A stretch of 64,000 nt of DNA from an uncultured Planctomycetaceae bacterium (GCA_963833985.1 CAWIAD010000002.1:1984001-2048000), one strand, 5' to 3'. Shown: positions 41,501-51,024, numbered from the stretch's first letter. Translations and numbers: made by a program. The notes: generated by a model not told the origin, from the letters alone.

Positions 41501-42255
41501 TCGTCGATGCCATCAAATGCGTAGCTGTTGATGGTCGACTGTCCCGATGCTCCGATGCCAATGAAGTTCCCCTGAACCATCGCGGACGAGCCGTAGTCGA
41601 GCTGGACTTCGTCGAACTCGGTCGCGGCGATGATGTTACGCGATGCCGGGGCCGTCCCGCCGATTGTGACGTTGGAACCGCCGTAGTTCACCTCTACGCC
41701 GTAAAAAAGGTTGCCGTTCGCGGAAGTGCCCGTAGGGTCGGTTCCGATAAAATTGCCCTGAACCGTGACGCCTGACGCCCCAACGTAGATGCCATCATCC
41801 CAGTGACTGATCACGAGCCCCTGCACCGCGCTCCCCTGCGCCTCGATATCGAGCCCGTCGCCATAGCCGTAGTAGCCGTTGCCGGCCTGTGTTCCGTCGA
41901 TCACGACCTGGAGGACGGCGTTGTCGCTCGTTGTCTCTGTATTCGGGCTTGAACCCGGCTGGCTGTAGCCATCGATCAAGACGGGCGTTGTGATCGACGG
42001 CAATGCCGACGTGGGTTGGATGACGAACGGACCGGTGCCTGGGATGTCGAAGTTGATCGTGTCGGTCACGCCGCTGTCGCCGTTGACCTGGTCGATCGCC
42101 CAGCGCAAGGTCCCGGCGGAGCCATCATCGGCCGTACTGGTGACGGTGTACGTCGAGAGCAGGCAGCGCTCCTCGAGCCGGAAAAGAGAAAATGCAGTCC
42201 TTCGATGGCGGCGAGAGTCCCTTCGACCAGGGGTGCGTTCATTGCGGAAGAGCAT
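35509..42255 (-). CDS. Giant secreted parallel beta-helix / Ig-like repeat surface protein (2248 aa)
   Basis: LEERCLLS export motif; many GNxIGTD/GNVISGN repeats; three modules ending ATATDxNGNTSEFS separated by AVNDxY...DGSFSYTP domains. Confidence 0.9.
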   Translation of the reverse strand: MLFRNERTPGRRDSRRHRRTAFSLFRLEERCLLSTYTVTSTADDGSAGTLRWAIDQVNGDSGVTDTINFDIPGTGPFVIQPTSALPSITTPVLIDGYSQPGSSPNTETTSDNAVLQVVIDGTQAGNGYYGYGDGLDIEAQGSAVQGLVISHWDDGIYVGASGVTVQGNFIGTDPTGTSANGNLFYGVEVNYGGSNVTIGGTAPASRNIIAATEFDEVQLDYGSSAMVQGNFIGIGASGQSTINSYAFDGIDDGGSSCLIGGTTPGAGNVIAGQYDYAVALNGNGAVIEGNKIGTDPTGTISLSNGYGTGIEIDGAGGDTIGGSVAAAGNLISGNGTGIEMQFSSNNVVQGNLIGTDINGTTPLGNGTGITIGGGSGNTIGGTTTGAGNVISGNTGDGVVIQGYSAAADNMIAGNWIGTDPTATLNLGNGGDGINLQDSASNNTVGGTATGAGNIIAYNGGNGVIVGASTSDTSEGNAILSNAIYGNAKLGIDLGDDGVTPNTPGGNPSGPNRLQPYPVINAAIGFSSSTALEGSIADLPNTTYMVQVFADPSSDPSGYGQGQTLLGTLSVTTDNLGNGSFTDTFPVKLPAGTVLSATATDSNGNTSEFSADVPIVVSSTPVYAVNDAYSTDINSTVVVAAPGVQANDLSQPGVSYTSKVVASPAHGSITLNQDGSFSYTPASGFTGTDSFTYRDRFQGGHSNTATVTITVNPKTLVVTNSNDSGVGSLRWAISTADGSNSPGPDTIDFDLTGSGPYVIQPVTPLPAVTRPTVIDGYSQPGSATNTQAIGDNAVIQIEISGEAFYYDTYHAGDGLDLEGGGIDVRGLSILGFQFGIYAHGGSGDLITGNFLGLDPSGVLGFSYNQGNDNNLVVDAMSSDTIGGTDPADRNVIAGGSGGVVFQDGAMGNLLEGDYVGPDRSGNNGGLSGPAVSLTDAPGNTIGGSAAGAGNVLSHAAEGIQIAAQNTTAGSPGTVIEGNIIGLDATGTVADGDVFYSVGIWIQAGPNTLIGGTAPGDGNVISGDGAGIQVGDQGPISATSGEVIEGNLIGTDARGLRSIGNGEGIVLSFSGGTQIGGTVPGAGNVISGNLGPAIFDQTSLYYAGAGTDLIQGNLVGTDISGSYAIPNASTSQQPAIELETNNNVVIGGTVTGAGNVISGNTYDGIDVDQTTGAVIEGNLIGTDATGMNPLGNDGSGLFLTATYFGGGNDQIGGTAAGAGNVIAYNSGNGITVGGSPNDTVSGVSILSNAIYGNAKLGIDLGNDGVTRNNSGSAPNNGQNYPFISDAATYAENEYIKGTLDAAANTTYTLQFFTNPSPDPSGYGQGQALLGTTSVTTDGSGHASFLAGFLPQPGTTVSATATDPNGNTSEFSADATVIASTTPIVAVNDSYRVDTGTTLNDQAPGVQANDFDVYGNAFTSQLVSRPAHGVLTLNPDGSFSYTPRAGYVGNDTYTYEDVGADGTSNLATVSIIVQPKVFVVRNANDSGTGSLRWAITSANLATSATPDTIRFAIPGTGPFTISPLTPLPALSHPTVIDGYTQTGANPNTLAAGDNAVIQIVLDGSKLPSYSGDTGLVLAGGGSTVKGLEIVRFPGDGIDLVGANGDVIAGDFIGTDTSGSHGIGNSNAGIFITSNLNTIGGSVPAGRNIISSNSGDGMSMQGGSYNNVLGNYIGTGPSGSEPLGNGSYGSAGVYVNGTGNVIGGTSSASRNVVSGNSFFGIELDSGVGNSVIGNYVGTDVSGTYAVPNGFDGVNVQGNSSNNYIGGMTTGAGNLLSGNAASGLSIYYGATETYVQGNLIGTDQTGEKSLGNLGDGIYVNSFSDQIGGTSSAARNVISANAQYGIILEGGSGNTVQGNYVGTDKAGTSVMGNGYDGISVRDGSSLNLIGGTAPGAGNVSSGNGYSGIGIVNSSNNNTVEGNLVGTDKTGRVALGNITDGVYEAGYDDTIGGTAAGAGNVIAANGKYGLEIQYSSRDLAQGNWIGTDRSGKLSLGNTSDGVNLNGGSQICIIGGLAAGSGNIISHNHGNGITVGSNSSDTSINDAILSNTIYANAGLGIDLGDDGVTPNDSAVTPNNGQNYPVLSSVVTRKGATIVSGTLTGVPATTYTLQFFSNSAADPSGYGQGSTLIGTFVVITDNSGNASFSLTLNAPVSVGRWVSATATDPNGNTSEFSADVAVTGQIRVELDSSAAPAIVVPILKPTFEADLATVAAEVTAAQLASSSTTWPAPRTSLIASSRQSSRRFSIFYGMNDF

Positions 42256-42955
42256 TGTTGTGTTCCTCAGTGAGGCTCTTGGAAAAAACCCGAAGCGCGC
42301 AGCACGGCTTACAAACCACCCCGGACCGTCGGAGTGCTTTTCGCTCTGACTAAGGCACGATGTGTTGACTTGAAACCCTATGCACGACCATGAAAATGAC
42401 GATCCACAGCGACCTGGCCTCCCCGAACGAAAGATTCTTGAAGCATTTCAATCTGCGGGAGCTCGCGAGGCACAATCAATGGGACCTGCCCACCAACTCT
42501 CTAATACGTGCAGTCTCCGGTAACCTTACACGCAGCAGTTAAGAAAACTGGAGAAAACGTCGCAACGCTGATTCTGCGACGGAGGTTGCGGCATACGAGG
42601 CCGCCGAAGTGTTGTCGGACCGATGCCAGGCAGCACGGAATCAATTCCAGTACGTAACGGGAACGATCAAACCTCTGATGCGGACATCTGAAAGGTGCCA
42701 GCCCCGTTGATTCGTATTCCTGCTTGAAAGTTGAGAAAGCGCAAGTGAGAGTTGAAAAAGTAAGATGTCAAGAGTTGATTCGCGTCGTAATCATTGGTGG
42801 CAGTTTATTGTCGAGTTTCGAACGCGGCTTGGTCATCCCCTTGGATTGATGCAAGATGCACGCATGCCAGCACGCAATTCTTTCCGTGCAAGAGCGTCGC
42901 TGGACTTTCCGCTCGAATCCCTGGCCTGGATTCCCACGGAGGGGGAATCACCTAG

Positions 42956-44229
42956 CTAATCGATCCACCGCGGATAGAACTGCCCGGGCAGGAGGGCCCT
43001 GGCGGCCGACTTGTCAACCAGGCTCGGGATGATCTCCAGAACGATCTCCCTGATCGACCCGCGCGCGCCGAAGAATGTCCCTTCCAGGCCCTTGGCCAGC
43101 GCCCGGCGCGAGCCTGACCCGTGAGCCCCTCGGTCGAGCGAATCAAGGCGCGTCCATATCGGTCGCCGATCGTCTCCCTGACTCGAATCCGCGGCTGGAA
43201 TACCGCGCCGCAAGACCAGTCGTAAGGGTTCGGCATGTCGAACTCGAAGATCCGGTGCAAGGCATAATACAGGGCAACTCCACTGCCCGGATCGGCTTCC
43301 CCCTCGGCAATCCGCCGCCGGACCGCCTCGATCGAAGCCACGTCAAGCGGGACGTAGTCGCCGCGATCGAACCGGGTGCGCGACGCCTGAGCGGCGAGCA
43401 CGGCCTTGAGCGTGCTGAGAGCGAGGCGGTCTTCACCGGCGAGTACCTCGCCCGCCGCGCGGAGCAGCAGGGACTCCTGAAGCGACTCGCCGCGGAGCTT
43501 CGCCCGGGCGATCAGCGAGTCGACCGCGGCCGGGGCGATCGCTGCGGTGTGGAGCTCCAACGGGGCTTGGAACTCGTCGAGCGCCCGACGGCCATCCAGA
43601 TAGGCCAGATAACCACTCAAGTCCGACGGGTCGGCAGCGCGTATTTCGGCCACACAGTCGGAGTAAAATCGGGAGATGAAACGGGGATCAATCTCCGAGA
43701 GTCCGGTGACCAGCTCGGCGGCCCGCAATTCGCCCTTGAGCGCCTGCGCCCGGTTCAGCGCCGCGCGGAGCCGTCGGCCCCGCTCACGCAGCGGCGCGAG
43801 ATAGTTCCAGTACGCCTCCGGGGTCTGGAAGGCATCGCGGTATGTCGTCCGAGCGTAAGGCCGACCATCGGCCAGCGCCAGGACGACCGTCGGCACCGAA
43901 GCGATTCCGTACCGCTCCTGAAGCTCCTCGTACCGCCGCTTGCGATCCGGTGGGATCAGGCTCCGCGCCGGCAGGTCAATATCGACGAGAACGAACGTGT
44001 CGCCCGCCCGCTCGATAAACTCGGCTCTGGAAAGAATCCGCTCCTTCAGCCACTTGCAAGGTGCACACCAGTCGCTGCCACCAAAGTCGATCAGGAGGTC
44101 TTTTCCCTGCGCCTTTGCGGCGGCTCGCCCCTCTTCAAACTCCAGGCACCGCGGCTCCCCGGCCTGGACGGACGGGAAGAAGGACCCTGCCAGGGCCACC
44201 AACAAGACCAAGCGGCGACCAGACTTCAT
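42956..44229 (-). CDS. Secreted thioredoxin-family protein (frameshift near 43110)
   Basis: Signal peptide, DFGGSDWCAPC, FVLVDIDLP; RBS GGGAGG. Confidence 0.8.
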
Positions 44230-44246
44230 GGCGACCTCCCAGCTAG

Positions 44247-46246
44247 CCCATGTTTGGGGTGAGATCGCCTTCCGCGCGACTGCTGCCACGCATAATTCCT
44301 CTATTTTCCAGGGGTTGGCGAGCGGCATACCCGTTTTTTTCCGAAAAGTGTAGTGACAATATCGACGCGATTACTTCGGAATTTACCTTGATTTCGCCTT
44401 GAAATCGGCGCGTTCCGTCGTGATACTTCACGACATGTACCTGAGAACCATAAAAGTCCGGTCGTCCAGCGGTGCGCTGAACGAGTACGTCCGCGTCGTC
44501 GAAGCCTATCGCGACAACGGTAAGGTCAAGCAACGCACCGTGGCCGATCTGGGACGCAAGGACCTGCTTGCGGAATTGTTTCCCAAGCTAAAACGCTTGC
44601 TCGGTCAAGATGTCGAGTCGGAGTCCGCTGGGGACGAGGATCTCGACATCCTGGACGCTTCCACCTGGGGGCCGGTCCTCGCCGTCCGGGCCTTGTTCGA
44701 CCAACTCGGGCTCTGGACCATCCTCGACGAATCACTCGGCAAAGCCAAAGGCGTGCCGTTTACTGACCGGGCCTTCGTGCTCATTGCCAATCGCCTGATT
44801 CACCCCGCCAGCGAACACGGCTTGGCGGGGTGGCTGGAGACCGACTTCGTCTGTGATCGCCAAGGCCGCCGTTTTGTTCCTCGCTGGCACCAGCACAAGC
44901 GGGTTCGCGTCGACTTTCGCCAACTGGAGTCCTGGTACCGGACCCTCGATCAACTCGTGGACGCCAAGGAACGGATCGAGGTGGCTCTTTATCACCGCCT
45001 TCGCGACCTGTTCAGTATCAAGCCGGACCTGGTGCTCTATGACATCACGAGCACCTACTTCGAGGGAGCTGGACCGGCCAACTTCGCCAAGCATGGCTAC
45101 AGTCGGGACGGCAAGCCGCACAACGTCCAGGTGATCGTCGGAGTGGTGATGGTGGGCGGCTGGCCGATCGCTCATCACGTTTGGGCCGGCAACGAAGTCG
45201 ACCACCAGACCGTGCAGAAAGCCATTCGTGATCTGCACCAGCGATTTGGTTTCAGCCGCCTCGTTTTTGTCGGCGATCGAGGCATGATCACCAATGACAA
45301 TCTGGAAGCGATCACTGGCGACAAGCATGGCTATCTTGTGGGCGTGAAGCGAAGGCGGAATGCAAAGTTGACCAAGTGGCTGGCTGCCCTCGACGATGCC
45401 AAGTGGATTTCTTGCCCGGTAGGGATCACCGCCCGGGAAAAGACCAATCCACCGCGCACTCGGGCGCAAGAGGTGCCGTCAGGAGTTGAAGGTTTGCGGA
45501 TAATCATCGTCGATTCCGACGAGCGCCGCGAATACGAGCAAGCCATGCGTCAGAAGGCCATGGAGCGGACACATCAATCGCTCGAGAAGTTGCAGGGGCG
45601 TGTGGCGGCAGGGAAGTTGAAACAGCCCGAGAAGATTGGCGCCGCAGCCGAGCGCCTCCTGCAACGAAACCATGGCTATCGTTACTATTCGTGGGACCTC
45701 GACAAGGGGATTTTCCGCTACTTTGAGAACACGAAGGGTCTGACCAATGAGCAGGGAATCGAAGGCAAGTATGTGATCGCCACGAGTGAAGCAGCGCTCA
45801 GCGTGCTTGAGGTCGTGGCGATCTACAAGGACCTGAGCGATGTCGAGCGCGGGTTTCGCCAGCTCAAGGACGTGCTGGCCATGCGGCCGATTTATCATCA
45901 GATTGAGGAACGAGTAAAAGCACATATTTTCGTAGCTGCACTGGCATTACTGGTCCAGCGGCTATTGCACCGCCGACTTGAGCACGCTGGGATAGATTTC
46001 TCTCCAGAGAGGGCGATGCAAGCTCTCTCCACGCTCCGGGTGGTGACCCTCCGTCTCGACGATCAGCCCGAACGGCAAGGAGTCAGTGGAGGCTGCCCCG
46101 ATGCGCGGCGGGTCCTGAAGGCGCTGGGCTTAACCGAGCTCAGGCCGCCAGCACCACCGGAAGACGAAAAAACCGTGATGTAGTGACAATCTGAAAAATC
46201 GCCCCTTGCGCCGCAAGGACTTAGGGCGACCCACCCCAAACATGGG
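44247..46246 (+). mobile_element. IS1634-family insertion sequence, complete (2000 bp)
   Basis: Inverted repeats CCCATGTTTGGGGTG / CACCCCAAACATGGG, each flanked by CTAG (44243-44246, 46247-46250). Confidence 0.9.
44435..46183 (+). CDS. IS1634-family DDE transposase
   Basis: LYDITSTYFEG, GYSRDG, VGDRGM, VERGFRQLK, RPIYH. Confidence 0.95.
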   Translation: MYLRTIKVRSSSGALNEYVRVVEAYRDNGKVKQRTVADLGRKDLLAELFPKLKRLLGQDVESESAGDEDLDILDASTWGPVLAVRALFDQLGLWTILDESLGKAKGVPFTDRAFVLIANRLIHPASEHGLAGWLETDFVCDRQGRRFVPRWHQHKRVRVDFRQLESWYRTLDQLVDAKERIEVALYHRLRDLFSIKPDLVLYDITSTYFEGAGPANFAKHGYSRDGKPHNVQVIVGVVMVGGWPIAHHVWAGNEVDHQTVQKAIRDLHQRFGFSRLVFVGDRGMITNDNLEAITGDKHGYLVGVKRRRNAKLTKWLAALDDAKWISCPVGITAREKTNPPRTRAQEVPSGVEGLRIIIVDSDERREYEQAMRQKAMERTHQSLEKLQGRVAAGKLKQPEKIGAAAERLLQRNHGYRYYSWDLDKGIFRYFENTKGLTNEQGIEGKYVIATSEAALSVLEVVAIYKDLSDVERGFRQLKDVLAMRPIYHQIEERVKAHIFVAALALLVQRLLHRRLEHAGIDFSPERAMQALSTLRVVTLRLDDQPERQGVSGGCPDARRVLKALGLTELRPPAPPEDEKTVM

Positions 46247-46633
46247 CTAGTCCGATGATGGTCGGACATGCATCGCTCGTCCCTTCGGTCCGGGCTCGGA
46301 CAATTGTTTTAGTCCAGCCGGCACATCGTGCCGGTTCTAGTGCAACCGCGGAAATAACCAGGCAAAATGCTGCGGACGGGGCCATGGCGGGCCCTGGAGC
46401 GTAAGTAAGTGATCAGGAGTCGATTTGGCCCACGAAGGTCTCCAGACTTGTTCTCTGTTCCTCACACCTGAGCTTTTTCCACGGCAGAGGAGAATGATCA
46501 TGCCGATGATCCGTGATGGCTTCGATGCGATGGAATGCCCCGGCATCCTGAGAAGCCGGGGCTCCGAATCCAGGAGATTGAAAGGTGGCACAGATCCTGC
46601 CGCAAAGCTTCTCGAAAGCCGGTGCCCATGCCC

Positions 46634-46833
46634 CTATCTCTCGTAATGGTCTCTTTCGACGCCGTCGAAAAAAGCCCGTGTTTCGGCAGCACCGCTTGAA
46701 CAGCCGCCCACTACCGCACGGGCATGGGTCGTTGCGACCGAGCTTCTCTCTCAGTTCCTTGTCACCGTGGACGACCCTGCGGCCCCGCTTGACATGGGTT
46801 TCGCTAAGGGTAGCCTCGGCGCCGCTTCGACAT
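46634..46833 (-). CDS. Small SEC-C zinc-binding motif protein (two apparent +1 indels)
   Basis: [20 protein letters not shown] seen directly; removing one base near 46806 and one in the A run near 46670 gives a 65-aa ORF (inferred). Confidence 0.65.
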
Positions 46834-47128
46834 GGATTCAAAAGGAGTTCCCGTCTTCGTTCAAGTCGGGTCGCATGGTCCACCTCCTCTGGCAGAGATC
46901 GAATCGGTAATCTGAGGGAAGAGGTGCGGTACGCACCGTCCCCGAGGTAGACAATGTGAGGCTCGCCGAAGTTCGTGGCATCCGCTACGTCTCCCAACAC
47001 CAGGAGCTGCCGTTTCCCTGCTTCCTCCGTCTGCTCAGGCTGCCCTTGCAGGGTGTGCCGGGCCTTTGGGCTTTTGCTTATGCAAGACTACGAGGCGATT
47101 CAGCCTCCCAACCGGAGAGCTCATTGAC

Positions 47129-47662
47129 GTGCCCACGTTGAACATGCCCCTCATTCTCCATGGCATCCTTGAAGCGTATGTCCTTCCTTGGGATGGCGAT
47201 CACGGGATTGCGCACTCGGCGCGGGTTCTCGAAAACGGGCTGCGGATCGCCGAGGAGGCCGGAGCCAGCATCGAGGTCGTGCAGCTCTTCGCCATCCTCC
47301 ACGACTCCCAGAGAATCAACGAAGGTGGAGACCCCAAACATGGTCCACGAGCTGCCGCCTTCGCCCTGGAAGTGCGAGGGCTGCTGTTCGACCTGCCTGA
47401 CCACGAGTTTCGCCTGTTGCACCGCGCGTGTTCGGGGCACACTCACGAGCGGTCTCATCCCGATGTCACGATCCAGACCTGCTGGGACTCCGATCGTCTC
47501 GACCTTGGTCGGGTGGGCATCACCCCGCACCCAGGTCACCTTTGCACGGAGGTTGCAAAGCGGCCAGAGATCATCAGGTGGGCTGACGACAAGGCGACCC
47601 TTGGCGTCGTCCCGGAATTCGTCAAAACGGCATGGGGCATCGATCTTTACAGCAACCAGTGA
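47129..47662 (+). CDS. HD-domain phosphohydrolase
   Basis: HGIAHSARV, AILHD, TCWDSDRLDL; start inferred from GGAGAG. Confidence 0.85.
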   Translation: MPTLNMPLILHGILEAYVLPWDGDHGIAHSARVLENGLRIAEEAGASIEVVQLFAILHDSQRINEGGDPKHGPRAAAFALEVRGLLFDLPDHEFRLLHRACSGHTHERSHPDVTIQTCWDSDRLDLGRVGITPHPGHLCTEVAKRPEIIRWADDKATLGVVPEFVKTAWGIDLYSNQ

Positions 47663-47670
47663 TGGATGAG

Positions 47671-47946
47671 TCAGCATCCACACGACCTCGGACGGCGGGC
47701 TCTGGAGCAGCAACCAGGGAGCACGGCTGCGAGAACAGCCTGGTCGAACCTGTCTTGCCGCAGATCCTCAGCCGTGATTGAAGTGTCCTCGATCACATCA
47801 TGGAGCAGCGCCACGATCTTTGCCGGTTCATCCGCCACGGCGCTCATGACTCGGAGTGGGTGAAGGATATAAGGCTGACCGTCCTTGTCCTCCTGCCACT
47901 CGTGAGCTCTGGCGGCGATCTGCAAGGCCTTCTCGATGGATGCCAC
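47671..47946 (-). pseudogene. Truncated RelA/SpoT-hydrolase-like HD protein
   Basis: KALQIAARAH, PYILHPLRV, ALLHDVIEDT; similarity ends after about 75 aa, C-terminal part missing. Confidence 0.7.
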
Positions 47947-48103
47947 GATGTCCTCCGCAAGTGATATGTCAGAATGCGTCGATGTCAGGATCGACTTCAC
48001 CGGCCGGGTGGCGCTGCGTGCCGGGATGTGCCTGGCCAGGGTCGTGTTCGGGTCGCTCTCGAGCGAGAGGTCCTGTTATTCTCACTGTCACGTAGCCAGG
48101 TGC

Positions 48104-48724
48104 TTATCCGCCTCGGCGATGATCGAACGGGACCAGTTCGCTCGTCCCGGTGTCGAACAAGGCGCAGCAACCATTACACACCGCCTGGACCGCCACGAAG
48201 TAGCGCTGTGCGGCATCCAGGACGACTGGTCGATCTCCCGACCATGGCTGAACACCCTCTGGGTTCGCCAGCATCCAGTGATGGAAATGCCCGACAAAGA
48301 TGAGCCGGCCCGGGACCGCTGCGAAGCTCCGAGCCAGTTCTGCCGGCGTTTCAGGAAACCCCTCGAAATACCACAAATCCTCGATCAGCTCGGGGTTCAG
48401 CCAGGGTTCGACGTGGCTGAAATGACAGCCGTCAAGTTCCAGGCGGGGCTGAAGGCCACCCATGAATGCCAGAACAAGCTCGCTATACCTCTGCCGGTCT
48501 TCGGTTGTCGGATTGTCCCGGCAGAGACCGAAGTCGTGGTTGCCCCAAACGCCGATTGCACCGGCCTGGGCGAGGAGATCAATGGTCTCCTCCAGGCGGG
48601 GTCCCGTCTCGAACACGTCACCGAGGAACACGATGCGGTCGGACCCCTGCTCACGGAGGACATCAATCGCCCACCGCAGGTGACTCACGCTCTCGTGAAC
48701 ATCTGCCAGGATTCCGATCCTCAT
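48104..48724 (-). CDS. Calcineurin-like metallophosphoesterase
   Basis: ADVH, GD, GNHD, SH, GHFH motifs. Confidence 0.9.
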   Translation of the reverse strand: MRIGILADVHESVSHLRWAIDVLREQGSDRIVFLGDVFETGPRLEETIDLLAQAGAIGVWGNHDFGLCRDNPTTEDRQRYSELVLAFMGGLQPRLELDGCHFSHVEPWLNPELIEDLWYFEGFPETPAELARSFAAVPGRLIFVGHFHHWMLANPEGVQPWSGDRPVVLDAAQRYFVAVQAVCNGCCALFDTGTSELVPFDHRRGG

Positions 48725-49035
48725 AAGGCACTCCCGCAATGCATCGAGCAACAGGAGAGAAACGCCAGGAGTTCCGTGTGGAATGCTGCCGGATCAGGCT
48801 GTACGGGGCACACAGGCAAGCAAAGCAAGGACCTGCCATGCAGCCTTCCAGTGTAGCCTTCCCATGCAACCTCTGTCAGGATCCGAGGAGCCTGGCCGGC
48901 GGCAACACGATCGCGAGGGCAGCGCGGCTGCTGCCGACTGACGAGCATCCGGAGGCCGTGGGATTTTGCGGTGAGGTTGCCGGCGCGGTCCGCCCTCATG
49001 CGAGAAACTTCCTTGTCAAGCACGTATCGTAAGCC

Positions 49036-49455
49036 CAATACCGTTGAAATAGAGTTAACGAAAAGGGGCAAGAGGCTTGCGACAGACTTGTTCCCACGCT
49101 CTGCGTGGGAACACCGCTCGGGACGCTCTGCGTCCCATGGATTTCCCAGCCTCAGCACGGGCCCAATCGACGCGGAGCGTCGCAGACGGCATTCCCACGC
49201 GGAGCGTGGGAACGAGGAACAAACATACAAAATTATCTACGCTATAAAAATGCTGTGATATGTGAGAGTCTTGTTCCAACGCTCTGCGTGGGAACACCGG
49301 TCGGAACGCTCTGCGTCCCATGGGTTTTCCCGCCTGAGCACGGGCCCAATCGACGCGGAGCGTCGCAGACGGCATTCCCACGCGGAGCGTGGGAACGAGG
49401 GACAAACATATGCCTGCACTCAATTGATCGCTATTTCAATATTTCAACGGTATTG
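49036..49455. mobile_element. MITE-like element, copy 2 (420 bp, two REP-like palindrome cassettes)
   Basis: Perfect 15-bp TIR CAATACCGTTGAAAT; perfect 10-bp direct repeat ATCGTAAGCC at 49026-49035 and 49456-49465. Confidence 0.92.
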
Positions 49456-49712
49456 ATCGTAAGCCTGTCACCCCCCGGGGCGTAGCGCCAGAAACATGAC
49501 TCGCATCGACCGTCCTGCCTGATGGAACTCGCCGGCTTGCTGGTTGGCAGGGGCGGGTTCGCATGGAGACCGACCAGGCGGCCTCAGTGCTTGCAGTGTT
49601 GATCGCTTGCCAAAGCAGATGAGCCGCTCAATAATAAAGCGATTCCTTTCGTGACGGAACGTCCCGGTCGATTGCCGCAAAGGCTGGCGTACTTGCACGG
49701 TCAGGGGGACGC

Positions 49713-50420
49713 ATGAACCTCGTTCCCATGAACTTCTACTTGATCTTCATCGCAGTCGCGGTGCTGATGGTCGTCATCTCGATTGCCTCGGCCATCGCCA
49801 GGGCGCACCGCCGGAGGGAGCTCAGGGGGTTCGCCTCGAGCCAGGGCTGGCTGTTCGCGGCAGCGCGTGACCAGCGGCTCAGGGAGCGATTTCCCGAGCT
49901 CGGCTGCCTGAACCGGGGCGAGCCACCGCGCTATGCGTTCAATCGCATGAGCGGTACGACCGGCGACCGGCGGTTTCTCGCCTTCGACTATCACTACCAG
50001 GAATCACACACCGACAAGGACGGTGCGCGGCACGTGAGGCACGTCGTTTTCTCGGCCGTGATGATCGCCAGCCGCGTGCCCCTGAAACCGCTGCTCGTCC
50101 ATCCCGCCTCGGTGATCGACTGCGCACTCGGGTTCCTGGGAAAGTCCCGAGTGGAATTCGAGTCGGCCGAGTTCAACCGCGAGTTCTCCGTGAGCAGCCC
50201 CGACCGGCGCTGGGCTTTTGACGTGATTCATCCCCGAACCATGGAGTTCCTGCTCGGCTCTCCACGTTACTCGATCCAGTTTGGCGACGGAGTGGTCCTG
50301 GTCTGGAGGAGCTCGACGTTCAGCCCGCGCGAGTTTGCTGAAGCGCTCGAGCTGGGAACCGGGCTGTTCGATCGCCTGCCGGATTACCTGCTGGAACAGC
50401 AGCGTTTGACCGTGAGTTGA
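49713..50420 (+). CDS. Hypothetical single-TM protein upstream of lemA
   Basis: N-terminal TM; VEFESAEFNREFSV...DVIHPRTMEFLL; 1 bp from the lemA ORF. Confidence 0.75.
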   Translation: MNLVPMNFYLIFIAVAVLMVVISIASAIARAHRRRELRGFASSQGWLFAAARDQRLRERFPELGCLNRGEPPRYAFNRMSGTTGDRRFLAFDYHYQESHTDKDGARHVRHVVFSAVMIASRVPLKPLLVHPASVIDCALGFLGKSRVEFESAEFNREFSVSSPDRRWAFDVIHPRTMEFLLGSPRYSIQFGDGVVLVWRSSTFSPREFAEALELGTGLFDRLPDYLLEQQRLTVS

Positions 50421-50421
50421 A

Positions 50422-51024
50422 GTGAGGCAACGCATCATGGCGGAGCTACAGAGCGTTGACGTTCCCTGGCCGCTGATCTTCCTTGGGGTGATCGGCGTGC
50501 TGCTCCTGTGGTTGATTATCAACTACAACCAGCTCGTGCGGTTGCGCCTGCACGTGGCCGAATCGTGGTCGGGGATCGACACGGAGCTGAAGCGGCGCCA
50601 CGACCTGATTCCCCGCCTGGTGGAAACGGTGAAGGGCTATGCCCGGCACGAGCGGGCTGTCATCGAAGCCGTTCTTCAGGCCCGCGACCAGGCGGCGAGC
50701 ACGCCAGGCTCCCCGCGCACACAGGCCGCGGCCGAGAACGCGCTGGTGCATGAGATGCGCATGGTTCTCGGGGTCATCGACCGGTATCCGGAGCTGAAAG
50801 CGGGCGAGCATTTCCTGCGGCTCCAGCACGAGCTGTCGAACACGGAGGACCGGATCCAGGCTGCCCGCCGGTTTTACAACGGCAATGTCCGCGACCTCAA
50901 CACCTGCATCGAGGGCTTCCCGTCGAACCTCCTCGCCCGCTGCCTGGGCGTGCAACGGGCCGAGTTCTTCGAGGTCGAGGCCGCGCTGGCCGCGGACTCG
51001 CCGGCGGTGTCGGCAACCCGGTAA
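50422..51024 (+). CDS. lemA: LemA family protein
   Basis: YNQLV, ELKRRHDLIP, YPELKA, TEDRIQAARRFYN, FPSNL. Confidence 0.93.
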   Translation: MRQRIMAELQSVDVPWPLIFLGVIGVLLLWLIINYNQLVRLRLHVAESWSGIDTELKRRHDLIPRLVETVKGYARHERAVIEAVLQARDQAASTPGSPRTQAAAENALVHEMRMVLGVIDRYPELKAGEHFLRLQHELSNTEDRIQAARRFYNGNVRDLNTCIEGFPSNLLARCLGVQRAEFFEVEAALAADSPAVSATR

